Part shown: one piece after another, positions 47,890 to 59,304 of the stretch
How the letters are laid out: the number at the start of each line of letters is the position of its first letter
Position numbering within the stretch: position 1 is the first letter of the stretch
Source: a candidate division WOR-3 bacterium
GTDB lineage: Bacteria; Hydrothermota; Tepidihabitantia; Tepidihabitantales; Tepidihabitantaceae
Assembly (NCBI GenBank): GCA_039801225.1
Contig: JBDRUH010000001.1
Span: 1,767 to 65,766 of the forward strand
Length of the DNA stretch: 64,000 bases
Direction: 5' to 3'
Position numbers and translations under genes: made by a program
The notes under the pieces: generated by a model
What the model saw: only the letters and a program-made list of their open reading frames with translations
Told to the model about the DNA's origin: nothing
Database searches by the model: none

Positions 47890-48612
47890 GTGGAAATTTT
47901 TTATATTCCTGATATAATTGATAATACAGAATGGGTAACAATTACCGGTGCGGAGGCAAAGCACATCACTAAGGTTCTGCGCCACAAAGCGGGTGACGAA
48001 CTGTTTGGTACCGACGGCAGGGGAAACGAGTTCCGACTAAGAATTGAGCAGACGCGCGGCACAACCATTATATGCCGAATTGTCGAAAAGAAAACCGGCA
48101 GGCGCGAACCGAAACATCGGCTGGCGTTAGCCCAGGCGTTACTGAAGGGCGACAAACTCTCTCAGGTGGTTGAGGGCGCTACTGAAGTGGGCGTAAACGA
48201 AATCATCCCTTTTGTCAGCAAGCGGGTTATTGGTAAAATGGGTGAAACAAAACGTCGGCGGCTGGAGAAGGTGGCGATAAGTGGGATGAAGTCCTCCTTG
48301 CGAACGGTGCTGCCTAAGATTGGTGAGGTGGTTGACATTCTTAGACTTTTAAAGCGCTTTGCCGAATTTAGCCAGGTACTGGTTGCTTATGAGGAAGAAA
48401 AGGAAACCGGGTTGGCACAGGTGCTAAAACGCGACATCCAGTCACTCTTACTCATTGTCGGTCCGGAAGGAGGGTTCACCGATGATGAGATTAAACAGAT
48501 GAAGGAAGCCGGGGCAATCCCTTTTACCCTCGGTCCGAGAAGGTTGAAGGCGGAGACCGCTGCCCTGGTAGTAAGTAGTTTGTGTTTAGGTTTGTTAGGT
48601 GATTTGGGTTAA
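47890..48612 (+). CDS. rsmE: 16S rRNA (uracil1498-N3)-methyltransferase RsmE family
   Basis: Length and motifs (AKHITKVLRHKAGDEL; SPOUT-type C-terminal half LLIVGPEGGFTDDEI) match RsmE. Confidence 0.75.
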   Translation: MEIFYIPDIIDNTEWVTITGAEAKHITKVLRHKAGDELFGTDGRGNEFRLRIEQTRGTTIICRIVEKKTGRREPKHRLALAQALLKGDKLSQVVEGATEVGVNEIIPFVSKRVIGKMGETKRRRLEKVAISGMKSSLRTVLPKIGEVVDILRLLKRFAEFSQVLVAYEEEKETGLAQVLKRDIQSLLLIVGPEGGFTDDEIKQMKEAGAIPFTLGPRRLKAETAALVVSSLCLGLLGDLG

Positions 48613-48637
48613 AAAAGAAAGGAGGTGTTAAAAATAA

Positions 48638-48832
48638 ATGGTAAGTATTACTGTCAAAGAAGGCGAACCTTACGAGAGTTTTATCCGTCGGTTTCGCCGG
48701 GCGTGTGAACAGGCGGGTATTCTGCGTGAGGTGAAGCGTCGCGAGTTTTACGAGAAACCGAGTGAGCGACGCAAGCGTAAACTGGCCGAAGCCCGCCGCC
48801 GCATCTATCGGAAGCAGCTATTGGAAAGATAA
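48638..48832 (+). CDS. rpsU: 30S ribosomal protein S21
   Basis: MVSITVKEGEPYESFIRRFRRACEQAGILREVKRREFYEKPSERRKRK is a near-consensus S21. Confidence 0.9.
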   Translation: MVSITVKEGEPYESFIRRFRRACEQAGILREVKRREFYEKPSERRKRKLAEARRRIYRKQLLER

Positions 48833-48839
48833 CCGAAGG

Positions 48840-48863
48840 AAAGGCAAATCTCAAAAGCCAAAT
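48840..48863. repeat. Second copy of the 24-nt dispersed repeat aaaggcaaatctcaaaagccaaat (rpsU-mutS2 intergenic)
   Basis: Exact match to 24137-24160. Confidence 0.6.
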
Positions 48864-48935
48864 GCAAAATTGGCGCGGTACACTCGTCCATTTTGGTCGG
48901 ACAGAAATTTTTGTCTGTCATCACGAGAGGTAGCA

Positions 48936-51308
48936 GTGGATAAAGAAACACTGAACGCCCTTGACTTTCCTCGCCTTAAGGAGATATTAGTGAATTTTTG
49001 CACCACCGAGTTGGGCAGAGAAAAAGCCCAACAGTTGATGCCCAATTTAACCCCAGCAGAAGCAAAACTGGAACTGGACCGGCTGGAGGAGGTCTTAGAA
49101 CTAAACCAGGAACCACCGCTGAGCGGCATTGTTGACATCAGAACTTTAATTACCCAGGCACGGGTAGGAAGGGTATTAACCCCTGGAGAACTTCTGAAGG
49201 TTTATGCCACCTGTACCGGTCTGCGGGCAAGCGAGGAGTTTTTTCGACGTTACAAAAAAGACCAAAGAGCGCTGAGAGGAAAAAAAGAGCCGACCGCCAA
49301 CGGCCGACAGCCGAACGAAGAAAGTGACCTTGGGTCTTTAGTAAATGATATTGTCTCATTCCCGGAACTGGAACAGGAGATTAAACGGGTGATTGACGAA
49401 TCCGGAATGGTGCGCGACACCGCCAGCCCGAGGTTAGCAGAAGTTCGGAGTGAGTTAAAAGAACGGCGCAACCAACTGGTGGCACAATTGGAAAGAATGA
49501 TTGAAACCAATCCAGATTGGTTTGAAGGACCGGTGATGGTTCGCCGGGAGCGGTTTGTTCTGCCGGTAAAGTTACCCGAAAAGAACCGGGTCCCGGGAGT
49601 GGTTCATTCGGTATCGGACACCGGTCAAACGGTGTTTATTGAGCCGTTAACCACCATCCCGGAGCAGAACCGACTCCAAGAATTGCGCGACGCCGAGAAG
49701 GAGGAGATAAACCGACTTCTGCGCGACCTGTCGGCAAAAGTGGCCACCTTTGAGACAGAGCTAAGCCGAGCATTGGACCGGGTTGCCGCTCTGGACCTGC
49801 TTATTGCCAAACGCCGGCTGGCGATAAAATTCAACTGCCATAAACCAATCATTACCGATGAAGGAAAAATAGAATTAGTCCAGGCAAGACACCCGCTCCT
49901 TCTCCTCCATAAACAGGAGGTCGTTCCCTTAGACCTTCGTTTCCCTGATGGGGTAAATGTTGTCATTGTTTCTGGACCGAATGCCGGCGGAAAGACGGTG
50001 GTTCTAAAAACCTTGGGGCTTTGCAGTCTATTGCTCAAAGCCGGGATGTTTGTCCCGGCAGCCTCAGGAACAAAGTTACCTTTCTTTGAGAAGATTTTTG
50101 CCGATATCGGTGACGAGCAGTCGCTTGAGGCGGATATGTCCTCATTTACCGCCCATCTGAAACGGCTAAAAGAAATTCTCCTTGAGGCGGATGGACGAAG
50201 TTTAGTTTTAATTGACGAAATTGGTGCCGCCACCGCCCCTGAAGAAGGTGCCGCGCTGGCGATCGCGGTCTTGGAAGAGTTACGGAATCGGCAAATTTCC
50301 ACTGTTGCCACCACCCATTTCAACACCCTTAAACTCTTTGCCCGGAATGAGCCCGGGATGGTGAATGCGGCGATGGAGTTTCAAAACCGACCGACCTATC
50401 GGCTGATAATGGGAGTGCCGGGAGAGTCAAGCGCGTTTGAAATCGCCGAAAGTCTGGGTTTCCCAGCTCAGCTATTGGCGCGGGCAAAGATGCGGCTGGG
50501 CAAAGAGTGGCTTGACTTAAGTGCCAAATTAAGAACGCTTGACAAAAAATTACAGGAGGTGGAAAAGGAACGAGGCGAATTAAGGACGGAGAGAAGCCGT
50601 GTTGAACAACTGGCAAAGGAATATCAGACGAAATTAGGGGAATTTGAAATTTGGCGAAAGGAGCAGATGGCTCACCTCCACGAGGAGGAGGAGCGCTTCC
50701 TTAAGGAAACTCGCCGCCAGGTGGAAAATCTGATTCGGGAATTGAGGGAAGAAAAGGCAAACCATAAAAGTATCGTCCGGGCAAAGCGGTATATTGAGGA
50801 GCGACTGAGTCAATTGAGTAAGGAACCAATCAGCCAACAGCCGGCTATGACCGGGGAAAGTCTGGCGATAGGCGATGTGGTGGAGTCAAGATTATTTCAC
50901 CGCCAGGGTCAGATAATAGAGTTGAAAGGAAACCGGGCGGTGGTGGCGTTTGGCAATATCAAAACGGAGTTGGACATCCGCGACCTAAACCCAGCCGTCA
51001 GCCCTCAGCCGACAGCCAACCGCGGACAGCCGAATGAAGAACAATATGAGTTTATCCCCAGGCTGAATGTCCGGGGAATGACCAAAGAGGATGCGGTGAA
51101 TGCGCTTAACCGCTTTCTTGAGGAGGCAACCATCGCCAGAGTAAATGAGTTATCAATTCTTCATGGAAAAGGAACCGGTGCCCTGCGCTCAATCATCTGG
51201 CGTCGGTTGAAACAGGATAAACGGGTTATGGAGGTCAGATTTGCCGAGCCGGCGGAAGGCGGAATGGGTGTAACATTGGTCAGGCTGAGGTTAAGTAGTA
51301 ATGATTAA
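48936..51308 (+). CDS. mutS2: Endonuclease MutS2 (MutS domain plus C-terminal Smr)
   Basis: Start set at in-frame GTG 48936 (VDKETLNALDFPRLKEIL). The track ORF from 48762 would overlap rpsU. Walker A SGPNAGGKT. C-terminal Smr (LNVRGMTKEDAVNALNRFL...LHGKGTGALR). Confidence 0.85.
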   Translation: MDKETLNALDFPRLKEILVNFCTTELGREKAQQLMPNLTPAEAKLELDRLEEVLELNQEPPLSGIVDIRTLITQARVGRVLTPGELLKVYATCTGLRASEEFFRRYKKDQRALRGKKEPTANGRQPNEESDLGSLVNDIVSFPELEQEIKRVIDESGMVRDTASPRLAEVRSELKERRNQLVAQLERMIETNPDWFEGPVMVRRERFVLPVKLPEKNRVPGVVHSVSDTGQTVFIEPLTTIPEQNRLQELRDAEKEEINRLLRDLSAKVATFETELSRALDRVAALDLLIAKRRLAIKFNCHKPIITDEGKIELVQARHPLLLLHKQEVVPLDLRFPDGVNVVIVSGPNAGGKTVVLKTLGLCSLLLKAGMFVPAASGTKLPFFEKIFADIGDEQSLEADMSSFTAHLKRLKEILLEADGRSLVLIDEIGAATAPEEGAALAIAVLEELRNRQISTVATTHFNTLKLFARNEPGMVNAAMEFQNRPTYRLIMGVPGESSAFEIAESLGFPAQLLARAKMRLGKEWLDLSAKLRTLDKKLQEVEKERGELRTERSRVEQLAKEYQTKLGEFEIWRKEQMAHLHEEEERFLKETRRQVENLIRELREEKANHKSIVRAKRYIEERLSQLSKEPISQQPAMTGESLAIGDVVESRLFHRQGQIIELKGNRAVVAFGNIKTELDIRDLNPAVSPQPTANRGQPNEEQYEFIPRLNVRGMTKEDAVNALNRFLEEATIARVNELSILHGKGTGALRSIIWRRLKQDKRVMEVRFAEPAEGGMGVTLVRLRLSSND

Positions 51309-52983
51309 ACCCGAGGTGATTGAACAAATCCGCGAAGAGACCGATATTGTTGCCTTGGTGGGTAGTTACCTGCCGTTAAAAAAGGTGGGCAGAAATTATC
51401 GGGGGTTGTGCCCATTCCACTCGGAGCGGTCACCGTCGTTTTATGTAAGTCCAGAGCGACAGTCCTATCACTGTTTTGGCTGTGGGGCAGGGGGTAATGC
51501 GTTCACTTTTATAATGGCTTACGAAAAAGTGGACTTCCCTGAAGCGGTAAAAATTCTTGCTAAACGATTGGGCATTAAAGTAGCCGAAACCTTCTCTTAT
51601 GGGAACCAACCACTTTATGAGGTATTAGAGTTAGTAGCCCGATTCTTTGAAGAGAATTTAACCAAATCAATAGAGGCACAAAGTTATCTAAAAAAACGCG
51701 GCTTGAGCCGGGCAACTATCAAGCGGTTTCGTCTCGGATTTGCACCGGCGGGCAATCTCCTGCGCGGCGCCGGGAAAAAATTGGGGGTCTCGGAAGAGCA
51801 TCTTCTCCGCGCCGGGCTTTTGTTTAAGAAGGAAAACGGTCTTATTGACTATTTCCGCGAGCGAATTGTCTTCCCGATATTCTCGCCCTCCGGTAAGATA
51901 ATTGGTTTCAGCGGCAGAGTGCTTGATGATAGCGAACCGAAGTATTTGAATTCACCCGATAGTCCGGTATTTCATAAAGGAGAAATCCTCTATGGGTTTT
52001 TCCAAGCAAAGGGCTATATTAGAGAGGAAGTACCGATTTTGGTTGAGGGGAATTTTGACCTACTTTCTTTAGTAGAACGGGGTATCAACAATGTGGTTGC
52101 CCCCTTAGGAACCGCATTAACTGTTAATCAGGCGCTGTTACTAAGACGCTATAATCGCCAGGTTTTCTTATGTTTTGATGGCGATGAGGCGGGAGAGAAA
52201 GCCTGCCGAAGGACAATAGAGGTATTTTTGCGCGCCGGCGTTGAGCCACAAATAATGAAGTTGCCCGAAGGAAGAGACCCTGATAGTTACATCCGGGAGG
52301 CAGGTATTGAAGGGTTCTCCCTCCTTATGCGCCAGGCGGTTGATTTTGTTGACTTCATAGTAGGGATGAAGCGAGGCAAAACCGTAGGTGAAAAGCGAGG
52401 TGTTATCAGTGAACTGGCAGGACTGGTGCGAATAATGAGCGATGAGACCGCTCGGGAGTTGTTCGCTAATAAGATCGCCCAGTTGTTTCAAATTAATCGG
52501 CATCTAATCCTCTCCGGCGATAGCGGGGAGAGACTCGGACCCGATTCGGGTAAGGAGCAAAGAGGTGTACCAGTTTCTTTAAACAGAGGGATAGAAGAGA
52601 AATTTGTCGCGGCAGCGAGTCAGGATAAAAACCTTGCCCAGATCGCCCGAGAGTTAAAACTTTCGGAAATGGTTGAGGATGAATGTTTAAAAAGGATAGC
52701 CCGGCTTATAGAAAACCATTATGATAAATCCGGGTTTGGACTCGCCTTGTTAATTGATATGATGGAGGACGAAGCGGATCGTTCGCGGATCGCCCAGTGG
52801 GCGTTTACCGAAACAAACCTGCCTAAAGAAGAGGAGTTTCGCATCCGTCTGCAACGATTTCGTGCCCGATGGCTCCATAGGCAGATTGAGGCGGCACATC
52901 GGGCGGGTAAAGAAAAAGAGGTGGAAAGCCTCGCCAGGGAACGAGAGGTATTATTGAAAGATGTTGTCAAAAAAGAGGGGTAA
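51301..52983 (+). CDS. dnaG: DNA primase
   Basis: Zinc ribbon [40 protein letters not shown] region EGNFDLLS...DGDEAGEKA. Confidence 0.9.
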   Translation: MIKPEVIEQIREETDIVALVGSYLPLKKVGRNYRGLCPFHSERSPSFYVSPERQSYHCFGCGAGGNAFTFIMAYEKVDFPEAVKILAKRLGIKVAETFSYGNQPLYEVLELVARFFEENLTKSIEAQSYLKKRGLSRATIKRFRLGFAPAGNLLRGAGKKLGVSEEHLLRAGLLFKKENGLIDYFRERIVFPIFSPSGKIIGFSGRVLDDSEPKYLNSPDSPVFHKGEILYGFFQAKGYIREEVPILVEGNFDLLSLVERGINNVVAPLGTALTVNQALLLRRYNRQVFLCFDGDEAGEKACRRTIEVFLRAGVEPQIMKLPEGRDPDSYIREAGIEGFSLLMRQAVDFVDFIVGMKRGKTVGEKRGVISELAGLVRIMSDETARELFANKIAQLFQINRHLILSGDSGERLGPDSGKEQRGVPVSLNRGIEEKFVAAASQDKNLAQIARELKLSEMVEDECLKRIARLIENHYDKSGFGLALLIDMMEDEADRSRIAQWAFTETNLPKEEEFRIRLQRFRARWLHRQIEAAHRAGKEKEVESLAREREVLLKDVVKKEG

Positions 52984-54652
52984 TATGAAAAAGAATAAAG
53001 ATAATTTGCCAAAGCGACTTTTGTTTAAAAAAGCCCGAGACCAGGAAACTGAAACCGGCGAAGATAACGACTTTCAGTTGCCCAACTGGCTGGAAAAGGT
53101 CTACAAAAAGGCGGCGGCAGACCGCCAGATTACCTACGATGAGCTGGAGGAGTTACTCCCGGATGAGGTCCTTATGGTACCCGAAAGACTGGAAGAGGTT
53201 ATCGCCGACTTGGACCGCAACGGCATCCAGATGACCGACTCTCATCTGGGAAAAAGTTCCCTCCAGCGCGGACTCAAACCGGTAGTGCAGCGGACCGATG
53301 ACCCGACCAAGGCATATTTCCGGGAACTGGCAAAACTGCCACTCTTGGATCGAGAGGATGAGGTAAAATATTCCCGAGAGATGGAGGAGGGCTATAAAAA
53401 TCTCATCCAGTATTTGTTTGAGCCGGTGCCGATGATGCTCCGGCTAATAGAGGAGTGTAAACCAGTAGAGGAAGGGACACGCTCTCTTGACCAGGTTGCC
53501 CGGGTGGAGTTTGAATGTTTGTTTGATAAGAAGGCGCTATCACGAGAAAGGGTTAAATTTATTCGCTGCCTCCGGGATATCAGACGAATCGCCGAACAGA
53601 TTAGCCTCCTTTCCGCTCGCCCCACAACGCCGAAAGTTAAAAAGGAGATTGCCCACCTGCGCCACCGCGCCTTTAACCGGATTCAAGCCCTTTCCCTCCA
53701 GCACCATATCATCAATAACTTTCTGGTGCAGTTTAAGGAGTTGGCAAAACAGGCTCAGGAATATTACGAACGCTTAAAGAACCTCCGGGAAGAAGGAAAA
53801 GAGAAGAGTGAAGAGGCAAAGGCGTTAAAGAGCAAACTGAAAGAGATACAGAAATTTTTGGGGAAAAACCCGAACCAGCTCAAGGGGATTCTGGCAGCGA
53901 TGACCGAATGCGAAGAACGAATCCTTGCTGCCCGGGATAAAATGATAGAAGGAAATGTCCGACTGGTAATCTCAATCGCTAAACGCTATATCAATCGCGG
54001 GCTGGAATTCGCTGATTTATTAGAGGAAGGAAATGTCGGTCTGATTAAGGCGGTGGAAAAATTCAATTATCGGAAAGGATTCAAGTTTTCCACCTATGCC
54101 ACCTGGTGGATTAAACAGGCAATAACCCGGGCGATTGCCGACCAGTCTCGCACGGTAAGGGTTCCAGCGCACATTATTGATGCAATTAATAAAGTGGCAA
54201 AAATCCAGCGCCGTTTTATGCAGACCTGCGGCAGGGAAGCAACAACCGCTGAACTTGCTCAACGGCTTTCCACACCAAAAGAGAAGTTGGAGGCATTAGG
54301 AAAAATCGCCCAATTTGGTGTCTCAATAGACAAGCCGATCGACGAAGAGGAATCAAGTTTCATTGGCGATTTTATCCATGACGACAAAACCGTCTCTCCT
54401 TCCCATCGGGCGGCAGTGGAACTCTTGGGCGAAAAATTAGAAATGGCTTTACGCACCCTCACCCGCCGCGAAGAAAAGGTATTACGACTGCGCTTCGGAA
54501 TGGGGGATGGTCAACCCCGAACCCTGGAAGAGGTCGGGCAGATATTCAATATCACCCGCGAGCGGGTCCGACAGATTGAGGCCAAGGCGTTGAGGAAATT
54601 ACCCCATCTTTTAAGTAGCAGTGATATTCAAGAGTTGCTGAAACTTTTATAA
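52961..54652 (+). CDS. rpoD: RNA polymerase sigma factor RpoD (sigma-70)
   Basis: Regions 2-4: [73 protein letters not shown], and the region 4.2 HTH. Confidence 0.9.
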   Translation: MLSKKRGNMKKNKDNLPKRLLFKKARDQETETGEDNDFQLPNWLEKVYKKAAADRQITYDELEELLPDEVLMVPERLEEVIADLDRNGIQMTDSHLGKSSLQRGLKPVVQRTDDPTKAYFRELAKLPLLDREDEVKYSREMEEGYKNLIQYLFEPVPMMLRLIEECKPVEEGTRSLDQVARVEFECLFDKKALSRERVKFIRCLRDIRRIAEQISLLSARPTTPKVKKEIAHLRHRAFNRIQALSLQHHIINNFLVQFKELAKQAQEYYERLKNLREEGKEKSEEAKALKSKLKEIQKFLGKNPNQLKGILAAMTECEERILAARDKMIEGNVRLVISIAKRYINRGLEFADLLEEGNVGLIKAVEKFNYRKGFKFSTYATWWIKQAITRAIADQSRTVRVPAHIIDAINKVAKIQRRFMQTCGREATTAELAQRLSTPKEKLEALGKIAQFGVSIDKPIDEEESSFIGDFIHDDKTVSPSHRAAVELLGEKLEMALRTLTRREEKVLRLRFGMGDGQPRTLEEVGQIFNITRERVRQIEAKALRKLPHLLSSSDIQELLKLL

Positions 54653-54654
54653 AA

Positions 54655-55125
54655 ATGTTCCTCGGAATTATCTCCGATACCCACGATAACTTGGACCGGG
54701 TGCGATCTGCTGTGACACTTTTCAACCGGCTGGGCGTTGACCAGGTAGTCCATTGCGGTGACATCATTGCCCAATTTGTCTTGAGTGAATTTGTTCTATT
54801 AAAGGCACCTTTGACTATTGTACTGGGCAATTGTGACGGTGATAAGGAAGCGTTAAGAAAAAGAGCCGCGGAACTGAAAATCAAAATAAATGACCCTCCT
54901 TGGGAATTTACATCAGGAGGAAAGAAACTCTTTGTTACTCATAAGCCTGCAGAACCGATTCCAGATTGCGATTACTACATCTATGGTCATACCCACCGGT
55001 GCCGATACGAACCCGGAAAACCGTTAATAATAAACCCTGGCGAGGCATGTGGTTGGCTAAGCGGTAGAGGCACTGTCGCGGTCCTGAATACCGAATCGGA
55101 TGAGGTGAAATTTTTTGACCTGTAA
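54655..55125 (+). CDS. Metallophosphoesterase, YfcE/MJ0936 family
   Basis: GIISDTHDN, VHCGD, GNCDG, YGHTH. Confidence 0.8.
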   Translation: MFLGIISDTHDNLDRVRSAVTLFNRLGVDQVVHCGDIIAQFVLSEFVLLKAPLTIVLGNCDGDKEALRKRAAELKIKINDPPWEFTSGGKKLFVTHKPAEPIPDCDYYIYGHTHRCRYEPGKPLIINPGEACGWLSGRGTVAVLNTESDEVKFFDL

Positions 55126-55831
55126 CCGAGAAAAAATTAGTGAAGAAATCGTCCCGGGGTTGTATGTAGTTTCTACCCCGATTGGCAACCTGAAAGACAT
55201 AACCTATCGGGCACTGAATGTCCTTGCTCAGGTAGACCTTATTGCCTGCGAAGATACCCGGCGGACCGGTCTGCTCCTTAAGCACTTTGGCATTGAAAAT
55301 CGCCTTCTCCCATATCATGAGTATAACAAAGTCCGTCAAACACCAATTATTCTTAACCTTTTAACTCAGGGGAAATCGGTGGCGCTGGTAAGTGACGCCG
55401 GAACCCCGGGAATTTCTGACCCGGGATTCTACTTAATTCGGGCGGCGGCGGAACGAGGCGTTCGGATCGTTCCGGTTCCTGGCGCTTCAGCACTGCTGGC
55501 TGCCCTAGTCGTCTCCGGTTTGCCATCTGACCGTTTTGCCTTTGAGGGGTTTTTACCCAAACGCGCAGGAAGGCGCCGAAAACGGCTCCTCTCGCTTATT
55601 AAGGAAACAAGGACGATGGTTTTTTGCGAATCGGCTCGGCGGGTCAGGCGGTTTCTTGAAGAGATAGAGGAGTTGTTCGGGGAAAGGAGGGTGGTGGTAT
55701 GCCGGGAACTTACCAAAAAATTTGAAGAGGTCATAAGGGGAACGCCGTCGGAAATACTCTCGGAAATCAAAGACAGGGAACTAAAGGGTGAAGTTGTTGT
55801 CGTGGTAGCCGGCTATGAGGAACAAAACTAA
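55115..55831 (+). CDS. rsmI: 16S rRNA (cytidine1402-2'-O)-methyltransferase
   Basis: LYVVSTPIGNLKDITYRALNVLAQVDLIACEDTRRT is the RsmI (tetrapyrrole methylase fold) N-terminal signature. Confidence 0.85.
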   Translation: MTCNREKISEEIVPGLYVVSTPIGNLKDITYRALNVLAQVDLIACEDTRRTGLLLKHFGIENRLLPYHEYNKVRQTPIILNLLTQGKSVALVSDAGTPGISDPGFYLIRAAAERGVRIVPVPGASALLAALVVSGLPSDRFAFEGFLPKRAGRRRKRLLSLIKETRTMVFCESARRVRRFLEEIEELFGERRVVVCRELTKKFEEVIRGTPSEILSEIKDRELKGEVVVVVAGYEEQN

Positions 55832-56396
55832 AACCATTGGCAGAAGACTATTACATCCAGCGGTAAAAGTTTTGGCCTCTCTCCACGTCAGTCCCACAGC
55901 GGTTACTTTAACCGCATTGCCTTTAAGTATCGGTGCCGCAATTCTCTTTTCTCAAGGGTTATTTACCTGGGCGGGCATCACCGTATTTCTTGCCGGGCTA
56001 TGTGACACCTTAGATGGTGAAATTTCTCGCCTTACCGGAAAAACCTCCTCAATTGGTGCCTTCCTTGATTCTACTGTTGATCGGGCAAGTGAGGGGATTG
56101 TCCTTATCGGCATCGCCTGGTATTACCTTCCGTTCAGCCGTTTTGGGGTAATAACCGCCTTCCTTGCTCTCCTCTTTTCTCTTTTGGTAAGTTACGCCCG
56201 GGCTCGGGCTGAAGGAATAGGAACGATTTGCACCGTTGGGGTATTTGAAAGACCGGTCCGGGTTGCTATTTTAGTCTTCAGTGCGCTCCTCTTAGGCAAA
56301 AGCTACTTACCTTGGGGACTCCTCCTCATTGCCCTCGGTAGTTTCATTACCTTTCTTCAAAGGATTTATTGGACCGTAAAACACCAGCGGCGATGA
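55815..56396 (+). CDS. CDP-alcohol phosphatidyltransferase family protein (PgsA-like)
   Basis: D-G-x2-A-R-x8-G-x3-D-x3-D-type motif: LCDTLDGEISRLTGKTSSIGAFLDSTVDR. Multi-TM. Confidence 0.75.
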   Translation: MRNKTKTIGRRLLHPAVKVLASLHVSPTAVTLTALPLSIGAAILFSQGLFTWAGITVFLAGLCDTLDGEISRLTGKTSSIGAFLDSTVDRASEGIVLIGIAWYYLPFSRFGVITAFLALLFSLLVSYARARAEGIGTICTVGVFERPVRVAILVFSALLLGKSYLPWGLLLIALGSFITFLQRIYWTVKHQRR

Positions 56397-57676
56397 GCAC
56401 CCGGGTTCTCCTTGTCGGTGTCGTAAAGTCCGGTCGGGAACGGTGGGCTAAAATTGAGGGTTTAGAGGAATTGGCCGCATTGTGCAAAACCTCCGGGGGA
56501 ACGGTAATAGAAAAACTAATCCAGGTCCGCTCCCATCCTGACCCGGCAACCTTGATTGGCAAAGGGAAAGCCCGGGAGTTGAACACCATCTGCACCACCT
56601 ACGATATCCACTTAATTGTCTTTGATGATGAACTTACCCCCACCCAGATAAGGAATCTTGAGGACATTATCGGTGTCCGGGTTATTGACCGCCCGGCATT
56701 GATTCTGGACATTTTTGCCATTCATGCCCGGACCGCCGAGGCAAAGACCCAGGTAGAACTTGCCCAGTTGGAGTATTTAAAAACCCGATTAACCGGCTCA
56801 GGACTGGAAATGTCCCGATTAGGTGGGGGTATTGGTACCCGTGGTCCAGGTGAGACGCAACTTGAGGTTGACCGCCGCCGGATTGAACAGCGAATCCAAA
56901 CCCTGCGTCAAAGACTCGCCCGGATTGACCGCGAGCGACAGGTGCAGCGGAAACGGCGCAGCAATATCCTCCAATTTGTCCTTGTTGGCTACACCAATGC
57001 CGGTAAGTCAACCGTTTTCAACCGACTAACCAGGGCGCACACAAAAGTCTCTGACGAACTCTTTGCTACCCTTGATGCCAACACTAGACTTTTGAGATTG
57101 AGTCACAATATTTCGGCGGTATTAACCGATACCGTTGGTTTTATCCGCAACTTACCCACCCAGTTAATCGCCAGTTTCCGCTCCACTCTGGCAGAAATCA
57201 AAGATGCCGACTTAATTCTCCATATTGCCGATGCCAGCGCCCCTCAGGTAAACGAACAGATAGCAGCGGTAAAGGAAACGCTCCAGGGACTCGGGGTGGG
57301 CGAAAAGCCGACACTACTCATCTTCAATAAAATTGATCGGGTTTTTGATGAAACAGTCCTTCTCCGGCTAAAGGAGCACTACGAAGATTCGGTATTTATC
57401 TCCGCCCTTACCGGTTATGGGATAGAAAAACTACTAAAAAAAATACGCTCTTTCGTGAACCGTCTCTTGATAACAAAAACATTTATCATCCCCAGCGAAC
57501 GCTGGGATCTGGTAACCCAGATCCTCAACGCCGGGGAACTTCTCGGCGACGAGGAAATCAATGGCAAACGCCGTCTCAAAATAAGAAGCTTTCCGGCAGA
57601 AATTGCTCGCTTACGCAAACTCCTTACTGCCGGTCGGCTGACGGCTGAGGGCTCGACCGCTATTCCTCTATTTTAA
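56393..57676 (+). CDS. hflX: GTPase HflX
   Basis: Start moved to ATG 56393 (MSTRVLLVG), an ATGA overlap with the upstream stop. HflX N-domain and the GTRGPGETQLEVDRRRI motif. G1 GYTNAGKST. Confidence 0.85.
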   Translation: MSTRVLLVGVVKSGRERWAKIEGLEELAALCKTSGGTVIEKLIQVRSHPDPATLIGKGKARELNTICTTYDIHLIVFDDELTPTQIRNLEDIIGVRVIDRPALILDIFAIHARTAEAKTQVELAQLEYLKTRLTGSGLEMSRLGGGIGTRGPGETQLEVDRRRIEQRIQTLRQRLARIDRERQVQRKRRSNILQFVLVGYTNAGKSTVFNRLTRAHTKVSDELFATLDANTRLLRLSHNISAVLTDTVGFIRNLPTQLIASFRSTLAEIKDADLILHIADASAPQVNEQIAAVKETLQGLGVGEKPTLLIFNKIDRVFDETVLLRLKEHYEDSVFISALTGYGIEKLLKKIRSFVNRLLITKTFIIPSERWDLVTQILNAGELLGDEEINGKRRLKIRSFPAEIARLRKLLTAGRLTAEGSTAIPLF

Positions 57677-57848
57677 TTGCGCTTGCCGGACAATCCTCCG
57701 CCGCTTGATGAACACACTCTTCAGCGCCTTCCGGCACCACATCCGACTTCACATTCGCCACATCACCGTTTAGTTCAAACACATCCGGACAAGAGTCCGC
57801 ACACAGTCCACAACCGGTACACAGTTCTTTATCAATTGCTACTTTCAT
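57660..57848 (-). CDS. 4Fe-4S ferredoxin (single cluster, 62 aa)
   Basis: CTGCGLCADSCP ... CP cluster motif. Confidence 0.75.
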   Translation of the reverse strand: MKVAIDKELCTGCGLCADSCPDVFELNGDVANVKSDVVPEGAEECVHQAAEDCPASAIKIEE

Positions 57849-57907
57849 TTTCCTCCTTTTTTAAAAACGCTATATCTAATACTGGAAAAATTTACTTTGT
57901 CAAGAAA

Positions 57908-59060
57908 TTATTCACTAAAATCTTTTGACCGGTTTTTACTCTCCGGCTCCCCTTTATTCCCTTTGGACTTAGGCATTGTCAGAAAGGCGTGGACAAACTC
58001 ATCAATATCACCCTCCAGGACTTTATTGACATCATGCGTCTCCACGCCGGTCCGATGGTCCTTTACCAGTTGATAAGGAAAGAGGACATAAGAGCGAATC
58101 TGATAGCCCCAGGCAATATCGGTCTTGGCCGCATCAAACTTCTCCAATTTCGCCTCCTGCTCTTTTTTGTAATATTCGTAAAGTCGCGAGCGCAGAACCT
58201 TGAGGGCGTTCTGCTTGTTCTGAAATTGAGAGCGTTCATTCTGACAGGTTACGACAATGCCGGTAGGTAGATGGGTGATCCGCACCGCCGAACTGACCTT
58301 ATTGACATTCTGACCGCCATGCCCACCAGCGCGGAATGTCTCAATTTTTAACTCATTGGGATTGAGCGCCACTTCAATCTCCTCTACTTCTGGAAGAACC
58401 GATACCGCGGCAAAACTGGTATGACGTCGGCGATTGGCATCAAATGGCGAAATCCGAACCAGCCGGTGCACCCCCATCTCCGATTTTAAAAGCCCATAGG
58501 CATAAGCTCCGGTAACCTCCATCGTAACATCTTTAATACCCGCCTCTTCATTGGGTTGCAGGTCAAGGATTTCGTAACTGAGCCCCTTTCTTTCAAAATA
58601 ACGAGTGTATAGTCGCAAAAGCATCTCTGCCCAATCACACGATTCGGTGCCGCCGGCCCCGGGATGAATTGAAAAAATTGCTGCCCGATTGTCCTCTGGG
58701 GCACGGAAAAGTGCCATCTTCTCAAGTTCCCCAAATTCCTGATTGATTCTCTTGAGATGGTCCTGAAGTTCCTCCAAAACCTTTTCGTCAGTTGAAAACA
58801 GTTCCTGTAACTCCTGAGTTTCTTTAATTTCTGTCTGCAATCGCTCCACCCGGTTAATGACATCTGATATTACTGCTATCCGGCGCAACACCTCTTGCGC
58901 CTCCGCGGGATTACCCCAGAACTCCTTATTTGCCGCTTTGGTATTGAGTTGGGCGAGTTCGTTCCGGAGTTTATCTATCTCAAAGAAACTCCGTAATTTT
59001 ATTTAACTGGGTAGTGAGGTTTTCCAGTTGACCCGGCTCAAGAACCTGGTAGCCACCCAT
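57908..59060 (-). CDS. prfB: Peptide chain release factor 2, programmed +1 frameshift near 58980-58985
   Basis: Frame 0: ATG 59058-59060 gives MGGYQVLEPGQLENLTTQLNKITEFL then in-frame TGA at 58980-58982 in the context CTT TGA G, preceded by a GGAG Shine-Dalgarno-like element. The +1 frame continues as EIDKLRNELAQ... into the track ORF 57908-58891. SPF motif (RISPFDANRRRHTSFA) and GGQ (RAGGHGGQNVNKVSS). Confidence 0.85.
58977..58992 (-). other. RF2 autoregulatory +1 frameshift site (ACGGAGTTT CTT TGA G)
   Basis: Canonical CUU UGA slippery/stop context with an internal SD-like GGAG 3 nt upstream. Read directly from the sequence. Confidence 0.8.
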
Positions 59061-59070
59061 AGAATTGCGG

Positions 59071-59292
59071 TTATTTCTTCTTGGACTTTTTCTCCCCTTG
59101 GGCGTAGCGCCGCCGGAATTTCTCCACCCTGCCGGCGGTATCAACAATTTTCTGCTTACCGGTAAAAAAGGGATGACAGGCCGAGCAAATTTCTACATGG
59201 ATTTTCGGTTTGGTGGAACGGGTCTTAAATGTATTACCGCAGGCGCAGGTTACCACGCATTCCTTATAATCGGGGTGGATTTTGGGCTTCAT
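59071..59292 (-). CDS. rpmE: 50S ribosomal protein L31
   Basis: [27 protein letters not shown]...[13 protein letters not shown] (zinc-ribbon type L31). Confidence 0.9.
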   Translation of the reverse strand: MKPKIHPDYKECVVTCACGNTFKTRSTKPKIHVEICSACHPFFTGKQKIVDTAGRVEKFRRRYAQGEKKSKKK

Positions 59293-59304
59293 TTTGACTC
59301 CTTT

